DNA of 64,000 nt from Candidatus Hydrogenedentota bacterium (GCA_963668025.2 CAXXTH010000010.1:1312001-1376000), one strand, 5' to 3'; counted from the first letter of the stretch, positions 28,671-39,244 are shown. Made by a program: numbers and translations. The notes: generated from the letters alone by a model not told the origin.

Positions 28671-28699
28671 TTGACCCCCATGGCGTATTTTGATAAAGT
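28671..28699 (+). promoter_or_regulatory. Candidate sigma70 promoter for the pal operon
   Basis: TTGACC-17 nt (ending TGA)-TAAAGT, about 60 nt upstream of pal. Confidence 0.4.
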
Positions 28700-28758
28700 A
28701 TTGGGTCGATTAACCGCGCGGATGCGCAAAAAACAAAAAAGTGGATGGAGAAAGAACC

Positions 28759-29295
28759 ATGAATGCAAAGACTACTGTAAAGACTGCGTTACTCATCGTA
28801 TTGGCTATTGGCCTTGTAGCCACCACGGGTTGCAAGCACAAGACGCCCATCTCTACGACTCCGAGCGACACCGGCGCGATTGCCCAGGCTCCGACCTCGG
28901 GTGATGGCCTTCCGGGTGCGGAACTAGACAAGTTGCTTTGGGACAAGGCGACTGGCCTTCAAATCGTTTACTTTGACTTTGATAGTTTCGCCCTGCGTGC
29001 GGATGCGAAGGCCACCCTGGCGCAGAACGCCGAGAAAATTAAGCAAGCGGTGCAGATCGCTCCGGCCGTCATGATTCAAATCGAAGGCCATTGCGACGAG
29101 CGCGGCACCCAGGAATATAACCTGGCTCTTGGCGAGAAGCGCGCCCTCGCGGTTCGCGATTACTTGATTTCGCTGGGCGCTTCAGGCGACCGCATGCTTA
29201 CGATCAGCTACGGCGAAGAGAATCCAGTTGATCCGGGCCATGGTGAAGCTGCTTGGGCGAAGAATCGCCGCAGTGAATTCAACAAATCTCGCTAG
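28759..29295 (+). CDS. pal: Peptidoglycan-associated lipoprotein
   Basis: TTGC lipobox; YFDFDS, IEGHCDERGTQEYNLALGEKRA, SYGEE and KNRR motifs. Confidence 0.95.
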   Translation: MNAKTTVKTALLIVLAIGLVATTGCKHKTPISTTPSDTGAIAQAPTSGDGLPGAELDKLLWDKATGLQIVYFDFDSFALRADAKATLAQNAEKIKQAVQIAPAVMIQIEGHCDERGTQEYNLALGEKRALAVRDYLISLGASGDRMLTISYGEENPVDPGHGEAAWAKNRRSEFNKSR

Positions 29296-29304
29296 GAGTT
29301 AAGC

Positions 29305-30195
29305 ATGTTTTTCGTGAAATCGGCCAGGATATGCGTGGCGCTGGTTGGCTTGTTCGTCTTAACGGCAGGTAGCGCCAGCTCCGGTATGGGAAGCGATGAG
29401 TTCGAGAGCACCATCTACCAAACATACCGGCACGTGAAGAGCATAGATGACCAGGTGGGCGGCGCTGTATCCGAGTTGAATACGACGACCGCTGATCTGA
29501 GCGCGCGCGTGGATGAGAGTGATCAGAAAACGCGCGAACTGCAAGGGCTGGTAGCCGAGAATACTCGGAAAACCGCTGAGTTGCAGGCTCAACTGGCGAG
29601 TCTCACGAAAAATGTCTGTTCCGCGATGAATATTGCGGCCGCTCCGGCTGCGCCTGGTATTACAGGGATGCCCTCGACAGCTCCCTCCCCAGGGCAGCCG
29701 GAGGCGGTTGCACCTACCGCTCCGCTGGATGGCCCCATTGGAGGTGAAGAAGCTGCGCCTTCAACGCCAACAGCGGCAGCGCCAGAGAACGCCGGGAACG
29801 CCCTTGAGGACTATCAAAAAGCCGAAAAGGCGTATAAAGATAAAGACTATCCCAAAGCAGTGGGCATGTTCGATTCGTATTTGCAGCGCTATCCCAAGAC
29901 CGATGTGGCAGATAAAGCCCAATTCCTGAAGGCGTATTGTGTCTACCAGGTTGCGGAAAAAGATAAAAAGCCGGAATCCTACAAGAATGCTATCGCCGAG
30001 CTGGACAAGGTGCAAGCGGACTATCCCTCGTCCACGTGGGTTCCATATGCTTTGCACAATCAAGCTGCCGCATATCTCAAACTAGGCGACACGGCGCGGG
30101 CGACGCAATTATTAGAGGATCTGGTGAAGAATTACCCGCTGTCGCCAGCCGCGGAAAGTGCCCGGACCCGGTTAAACCAGCTCAAAGGTAATTGA
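29305..30195 (+). CDS. Tol-Pal protein CpoB/YbgF-like (paralogue 1)
   Basis: Signal peptide, coiled coil, Pro/Ala linker, TPR ending YPLSPAAESARTRL; directly follows pal. Confidence 0.8.
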   Translation: MFFVKSARICVALVGLFVLTAGSASSGMGSDEFESTIYQTYRHVKSIDDQVGGAVSELNTTTADLSARVDESDQKTRELQGLVAENTRKTAELQAQLASLTKNVCSAMNIAAAPAAPGITGMPSTAPSPGQPEAVAPTAPLDGPIGGEEAAPSTPTAAAPENAGNALEDYQKAEKAYKDKDYPKAVGMFDSYLQRYPKTDVADKAQFLKAYCVYQVAEKDKKPESYKNAIAELDKVQADYPSSTWVPYALHNQAAAYLKLGDTARATQLLEDLVKNYPLSPAAESARTRLNQLKGN

Positions 30196-30282
30196 TATCG
30201 AGTGTAAACGAAAGCGCGCGCACGGGTCCGCCTCGGCGCGCGTTCACAGTTCTAGCCGTCGATGCGAAAGGGCTCAGGTGGC

Positions 30283-31119
30283 ATGATGCGCATGAAGAGA
30301 GTGATATCCCTCGCTGGTGTGCTGGGAATGGGTTTCCTGGTATCTGGATGTATAACCACGGGAAACGACCAGCTCCAAGGCACGGTGCAGTATACCTATA
30401 AGGTTGCTCGCAAGCTGGATACGGACCTGAGCGCCAGTGTGCAGCAATTGCGCGGCACCACCACGACGCTGAGCCAGCGGCTTGATGATAATGCGAAAAA
30501 CATTCAAGAACTGGAAGACAGCATCCGGGCGAATCAAGCGGCGCTAGATAAGATGAAAGGCCAGCTCGATGAGTTGACCCGCGTACTCTATGCTAAGATG
30601 GGCCTAACCAACACCGGCGCCAGTACGGGCGCTCCGCCCTCGAATATCATGATTGAAAGTGCAAGCGCCGCTCCCATGTCCGCACCGCCAGCGGGCATCG
30701 CTACTCCCGAGACGGCGGTGGGCGGCGATCCCGCCGCAGTGTATGAAGCCGCACAGCGCAGTTATATCCAACAAGATTACCAGAATGCGGCGCAACAGTA
30801 TGATGCGTATTTGCGGTTTCCAAATACGGACCACGCCGATTACGCCCAATACTGGAAAGCGGAATCGTATTACCAATTAGCCAAGAAAAATCAGGATTCA
30901 AATCTGTATCAGCAGAGTATTGTTGAATTCGAAAAACTCCGGAATGATCATCCGAATTCCAGCAAGGTGCCCGGGGCGTTGTATGATCAAGCCATGGCGT
31001 ACCTGAGCCTGAATCAGACGGAGTCCGCTATCAAGCTTTTCGACACTCTGGTCGCGAAGTTCCCATCCGACGCCAATGCCGAACGAGCGCAATCGGAACT
31101 CAAGAAGCTCAAGGGGTAG
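30283..31119 (+). CDS. Tol-Pal protein CpoB/YbgF-like lipoprotein (paralogue 2)
   Basis: VSGC lipobox, coiled coil, AQYWKAESYY and HPNSSKVPGAL motifs. Confidence 0.8.
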   Translation: MMRMKRVISLAGVLGMGFLVSGCITTGNDQLQGTVQYTYKVARKLDTDLSASVQQLRGTTTTLSQRLDDNAKNIQELEDSIRANQAALDKMKGQLDELTRVLYAKMGLTNTGASTGAPPSNIMIESASAAPMSAPPAGIATPETAVGGDPAAVYEAAQRSYIQQDYQNAAQQYDAYLRFPNTDHADYAQYWKAESYYQLAKKNQDSNLYQQSIVEFEKLRNDHPNSSKVPGALYDQAMAYLSLNQTESAIKLFDTLVAKFPSDANAERAQSELKKLKG

Positions 31120-31164
31120 GCGGTCGGCCGCGCCGGTTCAGGGCGCCGCAGGCCATCGAAAATC

Positions 31165-32349
31165 ATGAAAATACGTAGCAGCCATATCATCATCGTGGGG
31201 GGGACTGCTGTCTTTGCTTTCATCCTCTTTGCCGTCATGCGTGAACGCTCCCAAGAATCCGATACTTCCGCGCTCTCAACTCCGCAATCCCAAGGGCCTC
31301 GCATCTTTATCGCCAACCGCACCATAGACATGGGAACGATCAGCAATCGGCAGCCCACTGATATTACGACCGAGATTTCAAACCAAGGCAGCGCCGTCCT
31401 CGAGATCGGGCCTATTCAAGGTTCGTGTCCTTGCATCAAGGCAACGCTGGATATGCAGGCCATTCCTCCCGGCCAATCCGCCAAACTCACGATAACCATG
31501 GATCCGTTTCATATCAGCGGATTTGAATGCTACGAAAAGTCTATTTCCTTTAATACGAATGATCCTTCCCTCCCCATCGTCATCATTCAAGTACCCTGCA
31601 AGATCACGCCTGAGTTCACCCTTGAGCCGCAAGCGTTAGCTTTTGGTGAAATAAACAAGGGCGATAACTTGGAACAAACGATCCTGGTGCGGCAGGCCGA
31701 CACGCTACCCCTTGAAATGAAGGGGGTGGAATTGTCTTCACAAGGCATAAAAGGCGTCGAGCTGTCGTATGCCGCACGCCCTAAAGAAACCTGGTCGGCT
31801 CCCGATAAAGCGGAATATCTCATTACCGCCAAGCTGACTCCCGAGGTGCGCCCTGGCGATCTGTTTGCGGGCATCCGCATTTTAACCAATATCGAGCGCC
31901 TTAAAAGCGGTGTCATGACCAGTCTGACCGGGAAAGTGAATACGTTTTACCGCGTATCGCCAGGATATGTGATCCGGTTACAACAGATAGAACCGGGACA
32001 GCAGGACGCAGGTGTCATCACTATCGAGTCCGATGAGCCGGTATCGTTAAGTGACGCAGTTTCAACCGCGTCCAATGTAAGCGTCCGCATTTTAGCGCAA
32101 GAGGATCCGAAAAAAGCGAGTATTGCGCTCGATATTAAGCCGGATGCGCAACGCGGGCCAATTCGAGGGGAAGTTACTTTTTCGGTGCATGGCCCGGACA
32201 AGGCCGTGCCGGACTTTTTGGTGCTTCAAGGATATGTAGGCGCGGTGGGAGCTATGCCCGTACCGGCGCAGCCCGCACCGGCGCTTACGCCAAAAGAAGA
32301 TGCGCCTGAGGCGAATGTACCAGGAACAGCAGGCGAATTTCGGAGTTAG
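31165..32349 (+). CDS. DUF1573-like Ig-fold repeat protein, membrane anchored
   Basis: N-terminal TM; DMGTI, NQGxxxLEI, SCPCI, IPPGQS and TND motifs. Confidence 0.7.
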   Translation: MKIRSSHIIIVGGTAVFAFILFAVMRERSQESDTSALSTPQSQGPRIFIANRTIDMGTISNRQPTDITTEISNQGSAVLEIGPIQGSCPCIKATLDMQAIPPGQSAKLTITMDPFHISGFECYEKSISFNTNDPSLPIVIIQVPCKITPEFTLEPQALAFGEINKGDNLEQTILVRQADTLPLEMKGVELSSQGIKGVELSYAARPKETWSAPDKAEYLITAKLTPEVRPGDLFAGIRILTNIERLKSGVMTSLTGKVNTFYRVSPGYVIRLQQIEPGQQDAGVITIESDEPVSLSDAVSTASNVSVRILAQEDPKKASIALDIKPDAQRGPIRGEVTFSVHGPDKAVPDFLVLQGYVGAVGAMPVPAQPAPALTPKEDAPEANVPGTAGEFRS

Positions 32350-32351
32350 AT

Positions 32352-33782
32352 ATGCACCACGTCAGTGAGTCTCAAATAAGAAAAGACCTTGCCGAGAATG
32401 GACAGGACCATTTGCTGGCGTTTTGGGGTGATTTGGATGGCGCTGGCCGGGGGCGGCTGCTCGAACAGATCGCGTCCATCGATTTCGCGTTGATGAACCG
32501 CTTGGTCGAGCAGTGGGTCAAGAACGATCCGCCACCGGAATCCTTCAAGGCCATCGAGCCTGTTCCCACCATTCCGGTAGTGGAGCCAAACCGTCCCGAC
32601 GCCCGCGAAGCTTTGGATGCCGGTGAGGAAGCCTTGCGCGCGGGGCGGGTGGGGCTGCTGCTGGTGGCGGGCGGCCAAGGCACGCGCCTGGGGTTCAATG
32701 GCCCCAAAGGGGCCTATCCCATCGGACCGGTGTCCAAGCGTTCGCTGTTCGCGTTTCATGCGGAGAAGATCCACAATTTGCAGCGCCGGTATGGATGCAC
32801 CTTGCCGTGGTACATCATGGTGAGCCACGCCAACGCGGAAGAAACCGAGCAGTTTTTCAAAGAACACGCCTATTTCGGGCTTGAGGCGCGCAACATCCGC
32901 TTCTTCACGCAGCGCATGGTTCCCTGCGTGGATGAAGCAGGCAAATTCATGCTCGAAGCGCCGGACCGCCTGGCCATGAATCCCAACGGCCATGGCGGCT
33001 CGATCCCCGCATGCGTCGAGAACAGCATCACCGCCGACTGCCGCGAGCGGGGCGTGGACACGTTGAGTTATTTCCAAGTCGATAACTGGGCAGTTAAAGT
33101 GGTGGACCCCTATTTCGTGGGCTACCACGTTTCCCGCAACGGGGAGATGTCCTCGAAGAACCACCGCAAGACGCAGGTGCGCGAGGCGGTGGGCGTCCAT
33201 TGCCTGTGCGACGGCGAATACCGCGTCATCGAATACACGGCCCTCGACATTTATCCGCAACTGCTGGAGACGCTTCCAGATGGCTCGCCGAAATATTACG
33301 CAGGCAATCCCGCAATCCATATTCTGGACGTGGGCTTCATCGAGCGCGTGTGCGCCGACTACGACAAGTTCCCCTGGTGGCGCGCCTTCAAGAAGATCCC
33401 CTATCTAGACGCCAGAGGAAATCTGGTGAAACCGGAGAAACCGAACGGCTATAAATTCGAGACCTTTGTGTTTGACGCCTTGCGTTTCATCAAGCACGTG
33501 CCTATCGCCTTGCTGATCAACCGCGAAGGCGAATACACCCCCATCAAGCAGTTCGATGGGGACAACAGCGTGAAAGAGGCCTGGCGCTCGAATGGCCGAT
33601 ACTGGGCCAAATGGCTTGATGCGGCGGGCTATCCGATCCCGCGCGATGAGCACGGCGAACCGGCGATCCCTATCGAGATCAGCCCGCGGTTCGCCTGGAG
33701 CCAAGAGGAATTTTTGGCTAAAGCGCCTAAAGCGCCAGCGTCCAGCGCTGGCCATATCGCCATCGGGCCGGACGGTGAGTAG
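32352..33782 (+). CDS. UDPGP-family uridylyltransferase (UDP-GlcNAc/UDP-Glc pyrophosphorylase)
   Basis: AGGQGTRLG..PKG, PNGHGG, QVDN, VIEY and YKFETFVFD motifs. Confidence 0.92.
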   Translation: MHHVSESQIRKDLAENGQDHLLAFWGDLDGAGRGRLLEQIASIDFALMNRLVEQWVKNDPPPESFKAIEPVPTIPVVEPNRPDAREALDAGEEALRAGRVGLLLVAGGQGTRLGFNGPKGAYPIGPVSKRSLFAFHAEKIHNLQRRYGCTLPWYIMVSHANAEETEQFFKEHAYFGLEARNIRFFTQRMVPCVDEAGKFMLEAPDRLAMNPNGHGGSIPACVENSITADCRERGVDTLSYFQVDNWAVKVVDPYFVGYHVSRNGEMSSKNHRKTQVREAVGVHCLCDGEYRVIEYTALDIYPQLLETLPDGSPKYYAGNPAIHILDVGFIERVCADYDKFPWWRAFKKIPYLDARGNLVKPEKPNGYKFETFVFDALRFIKHVPIALLINREGEYTPIKQFDGDNSVKEAWRSNGRYWAKWLDAAGYPIPRDEHGEPAIPIEISPRFAWSQEEFLAKAPKAPASSAGHIAIGPDGE

Positions 33783-33789
33783 CAAGTTC

Positions 33790-33839
33790 CGTAGCATGGG
33801 CGTCCCGCCCATGCGCATGGCCGGGACGGCCATGCTACG
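33790..33839. repeat. Inverted doublet of GTAG-type REP between convergent genes
   Basis: CGTAGCATGGGCGTCCCGCCCATG-CG-CATGGCCGGGACGGCCATGCTACG. Confidence 0.8.
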
Positions 33840-33869
33840 AGATAGATATAACGTTAGGATAGTATACCG

Positions 33870-34784
33870 CTAAACCAAGATATTAAGCGCGCGCGGGAGT
33901 ATTTCGAACGTGGCGGGCAAGCATCCAGGCTGCTCGCCGTCCAGGTTGAGCAGTACGGTTTCGTCCGAACGCGCCATGATGCGTTTGGCCAGGAAGTATT
34001 GCACCTTGTCCATCCGTTTCAACAGGTGGCCCCGGTATATCTTGGGCAGGTTCAGCATGGCATCCTTCCGTCCGATATCGCCGATGACGTAGACCTCGAA
34101 TTCACCGCTATCCAGCCGCGCCTCGGGGGCCACGTGCATGCCCCCTCCGTAATATTGCCCATTAGCGATGATGACGTTGCTCATCCGGCCCTTGATGCTG
34201 TTTCCGTCAATATCCAGCTCGATGTGTTTATTAGTATAGGTGGCCAGCGTTGACACCACGCCATACAGGAAAGATAAAAAGCCGCCGAAGAATTTGGTAG
34301 TCCGGTTCACGCGGTCCACGACGGCTCCGCCCACGCCGAAATCGGCCACGTTGATGAAATAGCGCACGGCCTCACCGCCTTCGCGCAGGCCATGAGTCAC
34401 CACGCCCACATCAATAGGCATGGGCTGGGCGTGCGCCAGCCGTTCAAGGCCGTGAAGGCCGCGGGGCAGGTGAAGCGTCCGGCCAAAGTCCGCGCCCGTG
34501 CCATACGACAAGATGGCCAAGCTGGCGCTGGGGTTGATGGCCTGCTTGCCCGCGAAGAAGCCGTTCGCGGCCTCGTTGTGGGTGCCATCGCCGCCGACGC
34601 TTATGATGCGCTGGCACCCATTGCGCAGCGCTTCGCGCACCAGCTCGGTGGCGTGATTGGGCCGTTCCGTGCGCAGCAGATCATATTCGCCGAGTATGCC
34701 GCGTAATTCGTCTGACAACTCCGCCACATGCCGCGCCACGCGCCCATTCGCCGCCGCAGGATTTATAAGCACCGCTGTTTTCAT
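33870..34784 (-). CDS. Diacylglycerol kinase-family lipid kinase (YegS/BmrU)
   Basis: INP, GGDGT, GTGADF, NGQYYGGG and LDGE motifs. Confidence 0.92.
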   Translation of the reverse strand: MKTAVLINPAAANGRVARHVAELSDELRGILGEYDLLRTERPNHATELVREALRNGCQRIISVGGDGTHNEAANGFFAGKQAINPSASLAILSYGTGADFGRTLHLPRGLHGLERLAHAQPMPIDVGVVTHGLREGGEAVRYFINVADFGVGGAVVDRVNRTTKFFGGFLSFLYGVVSTLATYTNKHIELDIDGNSIKGRMSNVIIANGQYYGGGMHVAPEARLDSGEFEVYVIGDIGRKDAMLNLPKIYRGHLLKRMDKVQYFLAKRIMARSDETVLLNLDGEQPGCLPATFEILPRALNILV

Positions 34785-34800
34785 GTTTGCATTTCGCTCT

Positions 34801-35210
34801 TTTCAACACAAAGGCACTAAGACACAAGGAATTAACCATGTTCTTTTGATTACTATTTATAATGTATGTAATAGTTTAATATAATATAAAGCATAGGCAA
34901 GTCTTAGAGCATAACTACATGGTGGACCTTTGGTGTTGGGAGGCTTTTTTAGACATGATTTACATGATGAACAAGATTTTCTATGATAGTTTTATCGCAC
35001 TGAAAGACGGGCTCCAACAATCCATGCATTTGCTTTCATATCCAAAAATCGCCTTTGCATGCCTGTTCAATCTTGTTCATCTTGTAAATCATGTCTAGAA
35101 AGAGACTCTTGCCTTAATCCGCCAGAGTGTTTCATGGTCTTATAGATTTATTTCCATCGACTGAGGTATTTCTGCGGACCTCCTTGTGCCTTCGTGTCTT
35201 TGTGGTGAAA
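34801..35210. repeat. Two nested inverted-repeat pairs around AT-rich filler
   Basis: Outer pair 34801-34830 / 35181-35210 (26 of 30 match); inner pair 34950-34978 / 35069-35097 (28 of 29 match). Confidence 0.85.
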
Positions 35211-35215
35211 GAAAA

Positions 35216-36646
35216 CTACACCCGCACGTCGCTGGCTTGGCCTAGCTTGGACGCATTGCGTTCGAGCACGGGTTTGATATAGCCTTCCACGAATTCCACC
35301 ACTTGCTCCGGCGCGCGGCCGATGAACTCGCGCACGTCCAGGGCGGCGTCGATCTCTTCGCGAGAAATGCCGAAGGCCGGGTCATTCGCAAGGCGTTCGA
35401 GCAAATCGTTGTCGCCGCCTTCTTCCTTGACCTGCGCCGCCGCCTCGTGCGAGTGTGTGCGGATGATCTCATGCAACTCCTGCCGGTCGCCGCCCTTGCG
35501 CACGGCGGCCATGAGGAGATTTTCCGTGGCCATGAACGGAAGCTCCGCCATGAGATGCTTCTCGATTACTTTTGGATACACCGCCGGATTTTCCATGATG
35601 CTCAGGTACAGGTTGAGCACGCCGTCGGCGGCGAGAAACGATTCGGGCAGGCTCAGGCGGCGCAGGGCGGAGTCGTCCAGCGTGCGCTCGAACCATTGCA
35701 CGGCCTGGGTGAATTCGGTGTGGATGGGGGCCGCCATGAGGAAACGCGCCAAGGCGCAAGCCCGTTCGCAGCGCATGGGATTGCGTTTGTACGCCATGGC
35801 CGAACTGCCCACCTGGTTCTTGCCGAAAGGCTCCTCGATCTCCTTGAGGTTTTGCAGGAGGCGCATGTCGGTAGCGAATTTATGGACGCTTTCGCCTAAG
35901 GACGCCAAAACGCGGATGACGTGCGTGTCCACCTTGCGCGGATAGGTCTGCCCGGTGATGGGATACGAGGCCGCGAAGCCCATCTTCTCCGCCACGAGCT
36001 GATCGAGGCGGCGCACTTTCTCATGGTCGCCGTCGAACAGCGCGAGGAACGAGGCTTGCGTGCCCGTCGTGCCCTTGACGCCCCGGCAGCGCAGGCGCGC
36101 GATGGCCTGCTCCATGTCCTCGATATCCATGAGCAGGTCTTGCGCCCATAGGCAGGCCCGTTTGCCCACCGTGACCAATTGGGCGGGCTGGTAGTGCGTG
36201 TAGCCCAAGGTGGCCAGGTCTTTGTACTGCTCCGCGAAGGCCGCCAGCCTGGCGAGGACATTCACCGCCCGGCCCAGCAGCATTTGCAGGCCTTCCCGCA
36301 TGAGGATGAGGTCCGTGTTGTCCGTGACAAAGCAGCTCGTGGCACCCAGATGGATGATGGCCTTGGCCTCGGGGGCCGCGACGCCGAAGGTGTGGATATG
36401 GGCCATCACGTCATGGCGGGTTTCCTCCTCGAAACGCCGGGCCGCCTCGAAGTCGATGTCGTCCAAGTGCGCGCGCATGGCCTCGAGTTGGGCGTCCGTA
36501 ATGGGCAAGCCCAATTCCTGTTCCGCCTCCGCCAAGGCAAGCCAGCAGCGCCGCCATGTCGAGAATTTCTTCTGTGCGCCCCAGAGCTCCGCCATTTCCT
36601 TCGTCGCCACGCGCTCGACCAAGGGGCTTGTGTATACGGTGTGCAT
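35216..36646 (-). CDS. purB: Adenylosuccinate lyase
   Basis: RHDVMAH, HLGATS, THYQPAQ and [11 protein letters not shown] signature; RBS before ATG 36646. Confidence 0.95.
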   Translation of the reverse strand: MHTVYTSPLVERVATKEMAELWGAQKKFSTWRRCWLALAEAEQELGLPITDAQLEAMRAHLDDIDFEAARRFEEETRHDVMAHIHTFGVAAPEAKAIIHLGATSCFVTDNTDLILMREGLQMLLGRAVNVLARLAAFAEQYKDLATLGYTHYQPAQLVTVGKRACLWAQDLLMDIEDMEQAIARLRCRGVKGTTGTQASFLALFDGDHEKVRRLDQLVAEKMGFAASYPITGQTYPRKVDTHVIRVLASLGESVHKFATDMRLLQNLKEIEEPFGKNQVGSSAMAYKRNPMRCERACALARFLMAAPIHTEFTQAVQWFERTLDDSALRRLSLPESFLAADGVLNLYLSIMENPAVYPKVIEKHLMAELPFMATENLLMAAVRKGGDRQELHEIIRTHSHEAAAQVKEEGGDNDLLERLANDPAFGISREEIDAALDVREFIGRAPEQVVEFVEGYIKPVLERNASKLGQASDVRV

Positions 36647-36653
36647 GCGCCTT

Positions 36654-37304
36654 TTACTCCTTATCCAGTCCCTTTGCCGCGAGTGTGAATCCGGTAGCGT
36701 CCGCCATGGCGGCCACGGCGGATACCGCATTTTCGCGCTCCGCGAAGACGCCGCCCGACAGGATGAAGCCGCACGCCTCATCCGCGGTGGAAGCCGTATA
36801 CTCGCCGCTATGGTGCGGGCTGATCAGGTTTTCCTCATAGGTGGCCACATACCAGAACTCACCGGCTTCGAGCGGTATGCGCCGCACGCTCAGTCCATCC
36901 TCGCGCACGATGCCCAGCCAGCCCGAACCGCTGCCGCGCTTATCGGCCACGGCCACGATGCGCGGCGTGTTGAACTGGTCCTTCTCGAAATCCAGAGCGA
37001 GCAGGCACGACGCCATGGCGTCGCGCACGGGCATGCCCATATCGATCTTCTCCGCGATGGGGTCCGTCTGGCTGCCATTGCTCACCACGGCCACGGTGTT
37101 CGCGCAGACGATGCGGACGCAGTTATACGCGATATAGGGATTTTTCTGCACATCCAGTTCGAATCCCGGTTTCGGGATGATGCTGGCCTTGGCCGTAGCG
37201 AGAACGGCCATCCGGTTCGGAAACGAACGGCTCGATACGCGGTACGATGCGCACAAACGGCCATCCGTGGTTAATGCGATGCTCACAATGCGTCCGATAT
37301 ACAT
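36654..37304 (-). CDS. purO: Archaeal-type IMP cyclohydrolase
   Basis: [31 protein letters not shown], EKDxFNTPRI and ATYE motifs; immediately upstream of purB. Confidence 0.85.
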   Translation of the reverse strand: MYIGRIVSIALTTDGRLCASYRVSSRSFPNRMAVLATAKASIIPKPGFELDVQKNPYIAYNCVRIVCANTVAVVSNGSQTDPIAEKIDMGMPVRDAMASCLLALDFEKDQFNTPRIVAVADKRGSGSGWLGIVREDGLSVRRIPLEAGEFWYVATYEENLISPHHSGEYTASTADEACGFILSGGVFAERENAVSAVAAMADATGFTLAAKGLDKE

Positions 37305-37335
37305 GTAACTCCCCTTTTTGTTGCATGCCAGAAAT

Positions 37336-37361
37336 CGTAGCATGGGCGTCCTGCCCATGCG
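37336..37361. repeat. Single GTAG-type REP copy
   Basis: CGTAGCATGGGCGTCCTGCCCATGCG, one mismatch to the copy at 33790. Confidence 0.8.
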
Positions 37362-37516
37362 AAAAGTGTTTATTTCAGTTTTACAGTGAAAATGTTTGTT
37401 ATGGTGTGTGGGTGATTATACTGATTAGCGATGTCTCGTGCCATATAAGGATCCAAGTTCAGGATTTGATGACCATTGATAAGCTTATACTCGTTTCCGT
37501 TGTCAATGACAAAAAA

Positions 37517-39244
37517 TCATATCTTCTGAGACTCTCTGGTTTCTATATGTTTTACTGCATCTTCAAAGGATTTAAGATCACCGTTACAAAAACCTGCCTG
37601 AAGAAAATCACTATTTTCCTTCTTTTCCTGAATATTTCGTACAAAGCATCTCCAAAATGAATTTGGATGATCCATAAACCTTGTATAATCACCAGGATGA
37701 TCTAAGTTATCATCATGACACAGAAACGTTAAGAGTATTTCAAACAAGTCAAATGCTGATGAATACACATCAGCATCCAGAAGAATCTCATGGAACATAG
37801 GATATAATACTTCATGCAAATATGAAGACACTGGAAATGTGGATAAATATCTATTATTATGTCCAGGTATTAAAGATATTATATATGATAAATTCTTAGT
37901 ACTATCACATATTTTATTAGGAAATCTATCATGCACATCGTTTTGATTTGTTGTTAAGGCTGTAAAGAGTGATTTCACCGCCGCAAGATTGTTTCTAGCT
38001 GTGTAGGCAATCCCTGCCGCGTACAACAGAAGCTGGGCAGGATGCATCTTGATACTTGTCATGCTGGAAAAATTACTGCTATATAAAGAAGCATTAGACA
38101 TAACCGTAATAGCATGAGACCACGTAGGCATGTATACTTGCTCTATATCCCAGTAGCAGCCGGTGGCTTGAATGTAAACGGCAGTTTCTGTAAGCGAACT
38201 CAAATCCATAACAAGCTTCACATAGTCTCTGTCGCACAGTTGTCGGTGGATTGCATACTTCTCATCTGTAATTGCTTCAATTATCCTATTGATCTCTCCC
38301 ATAAGCAAATCATGGAGAGGTATGTGGTATTTGGGTTCGGAAAGGTAGTGTTTGGTTTGGCTGACGGCCATTTTTATCGACAAAGGATGTGGCCTGTTAA
38401 ATTGCTCTAGTGCGAGTATTTTACCAGCAATATCTTTGAAAAATTCATCCGCGCCCTGTATATGGATCATCTCCGCCTGACATAGCTCAATAAGTGTTTT
38501 TGCCTTTTCTGAAGGTTGGTCTTTACATGTCCACCAAGTGCTGTATCTTCTATTCTTGCGTCTCTCGATGGCATTCCGCAGCGCTTCATCCCAATCGCCA
38601 GACCATCCACAGATAATCAATCCATATTCGTCAAATATGCGGTCGAGTAGACTATTGATTCGTTCGTCATAGACACTCAATTCCGCCGGAGTGTTCTTAG
38701 TCTGAAGATCCAAATAGTCTCCATGTAGTTTGATGAGTGTGCAAGGACTATGCACCAAGGGCGGCGCACCTTCGATTCCGTCTGGAGTGCTGATCACGAT
38801 GGGTGATACACCCTCTGACTCAAGTGCGCGTTCCATAAGCCGGTCGAAATTGGTTGTCAGGATAACGCGTACCACTTGGCTCTTGGCAAGTTGTGCGATA
38901 GCCTTGTGGGCGGGAGTGGGCTGCTTCTCGCCTCTTTCTCTCTCCTCGTCGTTTGGTTCGAAATATTTCTTGAGGAGACTGCTTCGCTCTGCTCGGCTAT
39001 TCCCTACTCTCTCCAGTAGTTGTCCATATGTCGGCTCTTGGCCGAATTTTGCTTTGAACCATGCAGCCGGATCTGATTCACAGTCTTTACCGGTGACGCA
39101 TGCTAGTTTCCTAATGATATCCTCGATTACGGCCCAGCCAGTCGGGATATTGGCGGAGCTTGATATGCCTGAGCCCAAGAGCAAGGCATACACCCCTGGA
39201 TTTGCATGCATGGTCATTGCTAAGGACACTCGGGGATCGAGCAT
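37517..39244 (-). CDS. SIR2-like (SIR2_2) NADase-domain protein with unrecognised C-terminal domain
   Basis: LLGSGIS..IPTGW, TTNFD, KLHGD and GWSGDWD motifs; visibly more AT-rich than its neighbours. Confidence 0.85.
   Translation of the reverse strand: MLDPRVSLAMTMHANPGVYALLLGSGISSSANIPTGWAVIEDIIRKLACVTGKDCESDPAAWFKAKFGQEPTYGQLLERVGNSRAERSSLLKKYFEPNDEERERGEKQPTPAHKAIAQLAKSQVVRVILTTNFDRLMERALESEGVSPIVISTPDGIEGAPPLVHSPCTLIKLHGDYLDLQTKNTPAELSVYDERINSLLDRIFDEYGLIICGWSGDWDEALRNAIERRKNRRYSTWWTCKDQPSEKAKTLIELCQAEMIHIQGADEFFKDIAGKILALEQFNRPHPLSIKMAVSQTKHYLSEPKYHIPLHDLLMGEINRIIEAITDEKYAIHRQLCDRDYVKLVMDLSSLTETAVYIQATGCYWDIEQVYMPTWSHAITVMSNASLYSSNFSSMTSIKMHPAQLLLYAAGIAYTARNNLAAVKSLFTALTTNQNDVHDRFPNKICDSTKNLSYIISLIPGHNNRYLSTFPVSSYLHEVLYPMFHEILLDADVYSSAFDLFEILLTFLCHDDNLDHPGDYTRFMDHPNSFWRCFVRNIQEKKENSDFLQAGFCNGDLKSFEDAVKHIETRESQKI

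Noticed and set aside
36210-37274. 354-aa plus-strand ORF and similar ORFs opposite purB, gnd and the UDPGP gene
   Set aside because: Shadow frames of well-supported genes
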